Positions 54,340 to 64,000 of a stretch of 64,000 bases of DNA are shown here, piece by piece. A program made the translations under genes and the position numbers. Under the pieces are notes generated by a model. The model saw only the letters and a list, made by a program, of their open reading frames with translations. It had not been told where the DNA came from and did no database searches. Position 1 is the stretch's first letter. The number at the start of each line of letters is the position of its first letter. Source of the DNA: the human T2T-CHM13v2.0 reference genome, Homo sapiens; assembly GCF_009914755.1 (NCBI RefSeq), contig NC_060942.1; one strand, given 5' to 3'.

Positions 54340-56070
54340 TAAGCTCCTATTCTAAAATCATGGAAGACATGGGAAAATAATCAAATTAGTAAGAAAAAGC
54401 AGAAGCCATTAACTACAGAATTAATTCTCTCAAGAACTTCAGATAATTAGATTACTGATTATAAAACAATTCATATTTAGGATAATAGGAAGTGTCAAGG
54501 AAATAAAAATATTAGAAAAATGATAAAAAGGAGAAAAGGAAATAGGCAAATTTGAAAAGAATTAAGCATAATTTTTGGAAATAAAGCCCTTTAAAAATAT
54601 AATGGATGAATTAACATATTGTTTAAATAATTGAAGGAAAAATGAGTGAACTAAAAATTATATCTAATGAAGTCACTCAGAATATAGTACATAAGGGCAT
54701 CTACTCTATAAGCACTGAGACAAAGGGAGATAGAGAGTGAAAGGTGAAAATATGAAAAAGAAGTCAAAGGGAAATGAAGTATAGAATAAAAATATCCAAT
54801 TAGAGTTCCCAGGGAATGGGATGTAAAGAATGAGTAAGAATTAATAATTGAAGAGAAGGTAATAAAAATTTTTCTAGAGGTGTTAAAAGACAAATTTTTT
54901 ATTCAAAATTGTTAAAAAGTGCAAGATTTTCAGAATAAGTCAAACCTAGACAAATTATGTTAAACATGTGCATAAATAAATTCAAAGCAACCAGAAAGAA
55001 AACAGCGATTGCCCAAAACAAACGAAAACCCACAAACCACACCAAACCGAATGAAAACAAAAACAATATCAATTGGCTTGAGAGCTGTTAAAAAGCAAAA
55101 TTACAGGCCAGAAACCTTTCTGTTTCTATTAATATATGTTGCCACAGAGGATATCAATAAGAAAAAGTAAGATTCCTTTTTAAAAAGGGACAAGAAGGAA
55201 GATTTAAGAGGAAACTCATAGGAAAGGTTGTGAGAATAGTAAATACATGCAAAAATGACAATGAGTTGACATTTTGTACCCATAAGTCAGTGGGTATGTC
55301 TGACTATACCACGTGTTGAGGAGTGTATGGGGCAAGTGGAATTCTCATATACTTTAATGGCAGTGCAGATTCACACAAACACATAATAAGCAATTTTTTT
55401 GATAGCTGGAAGGTTGAAGATCTTAATACCTTTTTGGCTCATCCATTCTACTGAAAATATACTTCCAATTATTATTGTTAGAGCACTGGAAATTAGGAGA
55501 CTTCAGTTTTAGAGGTGTTGAAATATTTTTTAAAAATTGCATTTTAGAATGGATGAAATACATAGAAGAAGTTTTCACACATGTGGAAAAAATTATATAC
55601 TAGAATGTTCACAGTGATACTGTTTCTACTAGGGAATATCTAGAAATGACCAGTGTCAATCAGCAGGAACATGGAACAATAAATTAGGGCGTGGTAATAG
55701 AGTGAAGTGCCATATTCGGTGAAATGAACAAACGAAAGGTACTAAATCACACAAACACAATATTGAATAAAAATAAATCAGCTATATGAGGATCTACATG
55801 GTAAGATATTTTTATATATAATTTTAAATGACATAAAGCAATACTGCTTATTATTGCATTTATATATAATAAATATGTACAGTTGCATTACCAAAATCAA
55901 GACTCTGGTCGTGAGTGATGGAAATGCTACCAGAGATTAACTCCAAGGTCTTTATTATATTTGTACAGCTTTATCTTTCAAGGTTTATGGTAGGTACACA
56001 ATTGTTAGTTAACAATATTGTTTTTAGATTTTACGTGTCTGATATATTTCATAATGTAGCATTATTTAAA
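54340..56070 (+). mobile_element. Ancient L1ME/HAL1-like remnant (ORF1-like then 3' UTR-like)
   Basis: A-rich ORF1-type text 54400-55050 (aattagagttccc; aaagcaaccagaaag); L1ME 3'-type text 55240-56050. Confidence 0.45.
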
Positions 56071-56134
56071 TGCAATCTGGTACAACCATTTTTTTAATAA
56101 AAACTAAGGAAAATTTATTCCATTCTCTTCAATA

Positions 56135-56521
56135 CAGACAGTTCCTCACCTACAGTGTTTCAACTTTAAATTTTTTGACTTTAGAATGGCGCAAAATCAA
56201 TAAACATTCAGTAGAAAACATAGTGTTGAAGTGCAGGCTAGCTTTTCCTGGGCTAGCAATGTGTAGTAGGATACTCTCTCGCCATGCTGGGCAGCTGCAA
56301 GGAGCTACAGCTTCCAATCAGAGACATGATCAAGATCATACAAGTACTCTACTGTGTACCATGTTGCCAGATGACTATCCAATTGTAGACTAATGAAAGT
56401 GTTCTGAGAACATTTTCGTAGGTTAGGTGTATTAAGTGCAATTTCAACTGAATGATATTTTCAACTTGCAGTGAGTTTATTGGCACAGAACCTAACCCCA
56501 TTAAAAATCGAGAAACACTTG
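56135..56521 (-). mobile_element. MER47-like Tigger-family DNA transposon
   Basis: TA|cag...ttg|TA ends; gtaggttaggtgtattaagtgcaatttcaact; aagtgttctgagaac. Confidence 0.8.
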
Positions 56522-57462
56522 TACTTTAACCCCATGACATGGTGACAGGAGGTTGGGGGGATGTCGAAGGGGCAATGAAAGGGTTTGATGAAACAGGGTC
56601 CCAAAATATTATTCTGAAATGAATGTGACTCAGGTATTCTCTAAAGCCACAAAGGGCTATCTGCTTAAATTACAGAAGGAGGTCCTTATTTCATATTGTA
56701 AATAGATTTCACTGGACTGTCAATCACAAATGGGGTGTTCTAATTTTTCATGCTATTTAGCAGAGAGCGGTGAGAACGTTCCCGTGTAACTATTAGTCAT
56801 TTGTTTAATTCAGGAATAACTATGAATTTTTAAGTTAATAAGGACTCTACTTAGCTTTGATCTCTTGAGCTTTTATCTTGAGACCTAATTATAATTATTA
56901 TTACATTAGTAAGAAGCCACTTCTGTTATTCATAGATCATAGTGAAATATGTGCTTTATTTAAAATATCACTCTTATCAGGCAGATAAAGGGATTTTGTT
57001 ACATTTTATTTCATAATCGCTCAGACTAAGAAGAGACCACTCTTTATATAAAAGCAAAGAATGTTGATGAACAGCAAAGGTTTTACTTATTTGTTTTAGT
57101 CCTAAATTAATAGACTCAGAATATCACATATTTTATGTGTGCATTTTCTATCATTTTCTGTTGCATTTAGTCTTTATATATACAAAATTATGCATAAAAT
57201 AAAAATAGAATTTTTTTCTAATAATGACAATGGATTTCTGTAATTAAAAATGACATTTCCTTCTCCTAAGCCAGTAATTATTTAGAAATTTTAATATACA
57301 GATGAATAACTCTAACTGTTCTACCTGTAAGAGGAAATAAAAGGTTGGAATTTCATTAGTTTGACACAGTAAAGTGATGTAGCACTGATTCCTATTTACC
57401 TCCTTTCCAAAGTGATCACTTGTAAAAGTTGGTACTTCTTTATTAAGATTCAAAAGTTGCAT

Positions 57463-57733
57463 GGCTGGGCTCTGAGACTCACTCCTGTAATCCTAGCACT
57501 TTGGGAAGCCGAGGCAGGCAGATCACTTGAGCTTAGGAGTTCAAGACCAGCCTGGACAACATGGCAAAACGCTGTCTTTACCAAAAATACAAAAACTAGC
57601 TGGGCATGATGATGTACATCTGTGGTCCCAGCTATTTGGGAGCCTGAGGCCTGAGAATCGCTTGAGCCTGGGCGGTAGAGGTTGTAGTAAGCTTGGGCAA
57701 CAGAGCAAGACCCCATCTAAAAAAGAAAAAAAA
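57463..57733 (+). mobile_element. Alu (J/S) with a right-arm deletion
   Basis: 17-bp TSD aagattcaaaagttgca at 57445-57461 and 57734-57750. Confidence 0.93.
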
Positions 57734-58296
57734 AAGATTCAAAAGTTGCAGTTTGTCATCCCTCTCAAAACTGGTCTTCCACTCATCTCATATAGGTTCC
57801 AAGAAAGATCTACACTTCTCAGTGGTTCCTCTTATTTATAAAGGATATCCAGGATTGTACAGCTAAGGAAAGCCTTGATAAAAACTACTTCCCTCATAAT
57901 CACTAAAATATTTTAAATGGCAATGGGTAAACCACAGGGCATCTTGATTTTCTAAACCAGACAGAGCCAGGGACCAAAATGGCTTGAATCTACAGTGTGG
58001 AACAATCTTTGGCAAATTCAGCTTGTTCCTGTAACCTAATCTCTCCTGCACATGTTTGCAGGTTAATCTTCTTTAAATACCACTTCTGTTAGGCCATTTC
58101 TCTGGCTAAACACCACCTGCCTCTTCAGCTGGAATGATGTATATTTCAGTTTAAATTCTGGGTATTACAATATGGAAACAAAATATCACACATATGTTTC
58201 AAAATGCTGCAAGGATCTGAATACTGGGTAATACATTGGGATATTGTTGAAACTCTAACCCTGTGTCATTAGTAAAGAAAACAAAGATGCTGCTGC

Positions 58297-58593
58297 TTTT
58301 TTTTTTTTTTTTTTTTTTGAGACAGAGTCTCACTCTGTTGCCTAAGCTGGAGTGCAGTGGCACAATCTTGGCTCACTGCAACCTCTGTCTCTCAGGTTCA
58401 AGCAATTCTCTGCCTCAGCTTCCTGAGTAGCTGGGATCACAGGCCACCACGCCCGGCTATTTTTTTTGTAATTTTAGTAGAAATGGGGTTTCACCCTCTT
58501 GGCCAGGCTGGTCTTGAACTCCTGACCTCGTGATCCACCCTCCTCAGCCTCCCAAAGTGCTGGGATTACAGGCTTGAGCCACTGCCCCCAGCC
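58297..58593 (-). mobile_element. AluS-type element
   Basis: TSD caaagatgctgct at 58282 and 58594; the left copy carries one extra GCT. Confidence 0.94.
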
Positions 58594-59969
58594 CAAAGAT
58601 GCTGCTTTTAATATCTAAAAAATATCAGCAACAGCAACAGCAGACAATACCTCAGGCAGAAAGGAGAGAGAAAATATTATGGATTTAAGAGATCAACAGA
58701 CCAGAAGAAGAAGGTAGAATGGCCCAGGAAATTTTCAGAAAATGCTGATGGTATGGAAGCAAAACCTCTTTCTCCCCACACTTGATGAATACCACTACCA
58801 AAAAAAAAAACAAAAGCAAAAGCCAAAAAAAAAAAAAGCTATCCTTAATGAAATGTCAACGAACCACAAAAGCAGTAGTTGAAACTCCTGTAGGTTCTTG
58901 GAGAAATTGAATAATGAGGAGGTTCAGGCTACTGCAGGCTCTCCCCAGTGCTCATCTTCTTCTGTTACCTTCTGTCTGCTCCTGTATCCTGGGCCTTCCC
59001 TGGTGTATCTTATGCTTTGGAAGAAAGGGAAGCCAATAGAGAAGCAACAGCAGGGTTTGTTTCTCACGAAAATAACAATTTTCTTATTAGTAATAACAGT
59101 AGTGATAATAGCCAACATTTATAGAATGTGTAAGCCAGAATACAAACTCTGGTACTTGAGTTTCAGCCTCAAGACCCTTTCTTTACCACTATATTTTCTG
59201 GTGGCAATATTTTGTTGCACTACCTCAAATTGTGGTCCACAGATTCTGACTGGCAAGCCAATTTTGTCTCTTATAACACATTTGCAAGCTTAGCATTTGC
59301 TCTCTTTTTCTCACCTCCCAAGTTTAGATGAGAAAGAAAAAGCAAACAGATCTTTAAGGAGTCTGTGATACTTACGATCAAGTACTTGTGATTATTTCTG
59401 AGTGAGAATGCCTTTTGCACAGTAATTCCAAATTGGGGATTAAAAGACTTATACTTTAATCTTGCTTATGCATTTCATAAGCTACGTGATGCAGAGTAAG
59501 TCACTTGGTTTAGAATTGGCATTTTTAAAACAGCTAGAGGTGATACTTTAATGAATACGTACATACATATTGTTATTTGAAACAGAAGTGAATGCATGTA
59601 TTTTTTGGGGGTACATGGTTTGATATGGTCATTTTAACAATATTGATTCTACCCATCCATGAGCATGGGATGTGTTTTTATTTGTTTGTGTTATCTATGA
59701 CTTATTTATCTTTCTGAAAGATGATTCAAATATATACAGATGTGTGTTTGTGTGTGTGCGTGTGTGTGTCTGTATTCCACTTTTAGAAATGTATACCAAA
59801 AACATCTGACAAGTGCACTGAGATTCACATCTGAGGTTGTCTATTATAAAGCTAGCCACAAGGATAGAAGTCTTCACTCCCTTGGCTTCCATGCAATCAC
59901 CAACAACGAACACAGTGCCTGGCATAACTGAATAAACATTGGGGTCTTTTGTTGAATATTTTATTAAAG

Positions 59970-60514
59970 TGAAACTGTCCTTGCAGGGTTAACATGAATT
60001 ACGTGCCAGGTTCTGGACAGAAGTATGGTTATAATTAAGCATTAATCAGGCCGTATTTTGACCCACTTTCTTGTAACCTAAACTCAATAGCATTAGATAC
60101 TGACCATTTACATCTCCACTGTTCCTACAGGTAGGTTCTCTAATGTTAGAGCTATAATGCTTTTGTTTAAGAGTTGCTTAAGATGTTTTTCAGATCTTGA
60201 ATTTCAGGGGGAGGGCTGATACCAACCAGTCTGAAGACCCCTGCCGAGGAATCGAATCAGCATGAGAATGCAGCTTTTTCATCTCCCATTCCATGACCTC
60301 CCCTGCACTCTTTGATCAATCCAGGATCCCAACACCTCAGCTTACTCCAGGCGCCTAGAAATCTCTAGCTCCAAACTCCTAAGGGAGATGAATTGTAGGT
60401 TTCCTCCCACTTCCTGGTTCAGTGGCCTTACAATTAAAACTCTTTCTCTGCTGCAACCTTCATGTTGACATGTTGACTTACCACACATCAGGCAATGGAC
60501 CTATTACGGTCACA
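59970..60514 (+). mobile_element. ERV1-class solo LTR (MER4-group, MER49-like)
   Basis: TG...CA termini (tgaaactgtcc...ggtcaca); perfect 4-bp TSD aaag; attaaa poly-A signal at about 60433. Confidence 0.8.
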
Positions 60515-60764
60515 AAAGAACAATATATGTCATTTGTAACTCCTTAAATAATAAGCGTATTTAAATAATCATGGTAAATCTATTTAAATAAAATAGAAGG
60601 CAGGTGTTTAAAAATGATGTATATTTCTATTTACTAGCAAAGAATGTGCTCATTAGATACAGTTATAGTTAAACAATAAAGCAACTGGTAAAACAGCACA
60701 TATAGTATAAGACCTGCCTTGTAAAGAATATATCCATGTTCTAAGAATGTATGTGTTGGATATG

Positions 60765-61285
60765 GTATGGTAAAGTTGGTGCAGCCACAGGAGGAGACAA
60801 GAGTGAGACTTTGAGGTAAGAAGTGTATTACAATGAGAGGCACCAGAGAGAGGAATCACTAAATACCACTCAGGACCACAGAGGAAAGCACCAATGTGGT
60901 CAGAAGAGAGAGCAACAAGAGGAAAGTCTAGGCCGGAGGCTTATCTGGAGTTTCTGTGGGAAAGGCAAGGCTGGTCAGAGTGCACAGTTTAAGACTGGTT
61001 GCTTTGAATAATTCTGGTGGGCTTTGGGATGTAGGAGCAGTCTCTGGTTGCCTAGTACCTGGTCCTGGGATAACAGCAGGGGAAACATTGGCTTGGTGTG
61101 TGAGAATTCAATAAGGCAGTGATTTGGGATGGGTTGGTTTGCATAGGAAAGACATGCTTCAGCTGTGCCCTTTAGTGTCTCTAAGAACTCACTAGCCCTG
61201 GGTAGGGCAGCTTCTCCCTCGGCTGAGAGGCTACAAGCACCAGAGCATCAAGAATACAGAAAATAAGAAAATATAGCTACTACCA
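60765..61285 (-). mobile_element. ERVL-type LTR (MER74/MER73-like)
   Basis: ggaaaggcaaggc...agtttaagactggttgctttgaataatt...cctagtacctgg...agagcatcaagaatacagaaaataagaaaatatag. Confidence 0.6.
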
Positions 61286-61489
61286 TTGGCTCCCTGATAA
61301 ATGGAAGCCACACAGACAGATATAAAAATCTGAGAAAACAGAGCAGAAATATAGATATCACTATATCTACATTTGTATCCAAAGCTTTAATTATAGAAAT
61401 CCCCAAATATTAATGGTAACTATCAATGAATGTGGGATTAAGCATCATTTTTTTAGACTGCTAACATTCATTGAATATTATTATTTTAC

Positions 61490-61690
61490 CTGGTAATTTG
61501 ATAATCACCTCTCATTTAGCCCTCTCAACAACCATATTTGATAGGCTCTGTTATTATTTGTATAATAGTGAGAAAAATAAGGCTAAAAGAGATTAAGTGA
61601 CTTTTTACAAGTCACACACAGCTAGCGAAGTTCACAGCAGGGGTTCTACAGTCAGTCAGATTCCAAAGAGTATTTTGTTAATGAACAAAT
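61490..61690 (-). mobile_element. MIR fragment
   Basis: ctcatttagccctctcaacaacc; gagattaagtgactttttacaagtcacaca. Confidence 0.65.
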
Positions 61691-61782
61691 TACATTATGT
61701 TTTCTGAACTGCACACTTGATGATGTGTTACTTTTTTAAATAAAAGGAAATACTTGTAGGCATATATTTGAAAAATTGCATG

Positions 61783-62156
61783 TGTAATTAGCCTATTCTC
61801 ACATTGCAATAAATACATGAGGCTGGGTAATTTATAAAGAGAAGAAGTTTAATTGGCTCACAGTTTCATAGGCTGTACAGGAAGCATGGCTGGGGAGACC
61901 TCAGGAAACCTACAATCATGGTAGAAGACGAAGGAGAAGCAGGCACATTCTACATGGCTGGAGCAGGAGGAAGAGAACGAAAGGGAAGGTGCTTACACTT
62001 TTAAACAACCAGATATCATGAGAACTCACTATCATGAAAACAGGAAGAGGGAAATCCATCCATGATTTATTCACCTCCCACCAGGCCCCCTCTCTAAAAC
62101 TGGAGATTACAATTTGACATGAGATTTGAGTGGGGACACAAATCCAAACCATATCA
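61783..62156 (-). mobile_element. MSTA-like MaLR solo LTR
   Basis: gaggctgggtaatttataaagagaagaagtttaattggctcacag...ggggacacaaatccaaaccatatca. Confidence 0.9.
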
Positions 62157-62159
62157 GTA

Positions 62160-62262
62160 CACAAATATGTATAAATAATATATAAACATACATGCAAACA
62201 CAAACGTGTGTGTGTATATATGTATGTATGTGAGTATATATGTATTATGTATGTGTGTGTGT
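62160..62262. repeat. (TA/TG/CA) low-complexity repeat
   Basis: Seen directly. Confidence 0.8.
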
Positions 62263-62437
62263 AAGAACAATAAATTAATGTCTTAAAAGTTCTCAGCACA
62301 AGTGATATAAAGTATAAACATGGGCAAGAGAATAGGATATAAGGATAATAAAGTGGATATTGTCCACACTTCCTTACTTGCTCTCTTTATGTAAGTGTGT
62401 ATATGTGTGTGTCTATAACAGGTTTTTTTCCTAACAG

Positions 62438-62933
62438 TTGTATGTGTGTTTGGAAGTTTTTAAAATAGATTTTTCAAGGCTATTTTATGTACACTTTTTT
62501 TGGTTAGTATTTTGGTGATTTTTAGTTAAAGAAAAACAATGTTTTCCAAGGGCAAAAAAAAGAACTGAAGTTCGGAAGGAAGCTGGATGTGGACTTCTTA
62601 CAAGCTCTTGCTCCAAAACCTGGAAACGAGGAAAGAGGGCCCTCCCGGGAAACCTGAGAAAAATTGGCACAGCAGAGGGAATCCTTTGGTGGGGTGGGCG
62701 GAGATGCCAGCCCACTTGTGTGACTGTATTGTTTTGAGTGGGCTCTAAGGCAATTTCTGTGTGCCACTCCATTGACTTAATTAACATTATTAATCTTGGA
62801 GGGCATTAAATTAATGAATGATACAAGGGCCAAAAGAGTGATTTATTCCCTTGGATTCTGAATCACAATCAGGAGATAGTCTTTATCTGGTGCAACCATA
62901 GTTTCATTCTTCATGGAGCGGATTTGAAGGAAG
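62438..62933 (+). other. Candidate non-coding/5' UTR exon or promoter-proximal first exon
   Basis: Non-repeat, GC-richer block. Acceptor-like tttttttcctaacag (62423-62437) or gatttttag (about 62525); GC box gggtgggcggag (about 62692); strong donor AAG|gtaagg at 62931-62939. No long ORF reaches the donor. Confidence 0.4.
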
Positions 62934-64000
62934 GTAAGGTCATTCTAGGGATCGATTTCATTCATGGTACTCTGTGCCTTCCAGGTGAAGTTGTGCGTGA
63001 GGCTGGCATACTGTGTGGTGGTGGGATTGCCCACGGTACTTTTGATGGGAATACCTTTAAGGAGTAAAACAACTGGATCACTAGGGCTGTTGTTGGGTTC
63101 TAGACGGCAACTGTGTGCACGCCAGGATCCCACGAGGCCTGGCTCTATATCTATATCTTCCTGAGTGTGGTAGCATTAGCTACTCATTTGTTATAATTTG
63201 TCCCCCATGGGGGTGATGGCTGAGTAGGAGCCAGTCACTTCTGTGTTCACTACGATGAATCCCTGCACTCCCTTCTGGGTGTGAAGTCATTTCAGGTGTC
63301 TCCTTCACCTCTGCCATTTTGGTAGCTCCATGTCACCAACACTCAGCCCAGTCCCATGCCTTTCTGCTACAGTAGTTTTTGAATAACAGACAAGGGAGCA
63401 GACTTCTATTGGATCAGTGACAACTTGGTGCTTTCAACAACAATCAGATACAAGACAGATAAAGTGCTGTTTAACAGCAGCTGAGCTTCAAGTATCTCCT
63501 ACATTAAAGAATCAAAGAAAGGGCATCTAATTATTGAAGTAGCTTGCAGATGTTACAAAAAAAATTGAAGCATATATTTAGTTTCTAAGCAGATGAAAAG
63601 AAAGCTTTGAGAAAAACTCATCTTGTGCAACATTGTCCTGATGTAATATTCATGTTATTTGAAATGATGTTGTCCCCATTCATTCAGAATGGCATTTTAG
63701 TACCACTGAAAGCCAGTAGTAGTACTTGCTGTAAAATGACTACACTGAGAAAAGACAAGGCAAGTTTTCCAACTTTGGAAAACAGGAATTTACACATCCA
63801 CACAAAGTTTGACATTTGCTAACAAACTTTTTCCTACTTCTTAAAGTATCTGAAACATCAAATTTGAGCTAACTTCAAAGCCAGCAAGGGGGAATTCAGT
63901 GATGTCAGTAGGAAATCCCTTCATTGATTCACGCGAGCACACTTTCCATTTGCATTCAAAAAACAGGAATCACAAATCTGGCTGGGAAAACTGTTTTGTG

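Noticed and set aside
61347-61374. 12-bp AT-rich inverted repeat (also short ones at about 37710-37735 and 42123-42144)
   Set aside because: Expected by chance in AT-rich DNA; no supporting context.
62526-62748. About 74-codon open frame (LKKNNVFQGQKKELKFGRK...)
   Set aside because: It ends in a stop well before the donor and resembles no protein I recognise; chance-length ORF.

Overview
AT-rich, repeat-dense primate (human-like) non-coding DNA, intronic or intergenic. The AluY-type and L1PA2/3-type elements point to a catarrhine or hominoid genome. No intact protein-coding gene, RNA gene or CRISPR array is supported. ORF-track entries are L1 ORF1/ORF2 remnants, Alu or MaLR read-throughs, hAT transposase remnants, or chance ORFs. 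The window holds about 11 Alus, several L1s (one near full length), MaLR/ERVL/ERV1 LTR elements, a ~2.3 kb MER58-ended hAT transposon fossil with a GTF2IRD2/EPM2AIP1-like transposase, MER58B, MER47, MER5, MADE1, MIR/L2 remnants and microsatellites. There is also a candidate + strand exon/promoter near 62.4-62.9 kb. I found no convincing new biological system. The most unusual signals are rearrangement scars: (1) a 29-bp exact copy of one Alu's flank placed behind a different Alu 3.8 kb away, at a THE1 deletion breakpoint; (2) an L1 3' end nested in a same-subfamily L1 with slipped AAGTTT filler; (3) an L1 with ORF1 joined directly to the ORF2 C-terminus; (4) a multi-layer nest that splits one LTR over 9.1 kb. 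Subfamily names come from recalled consensus motifs and need RepeatMasker/Dfam confirmation.
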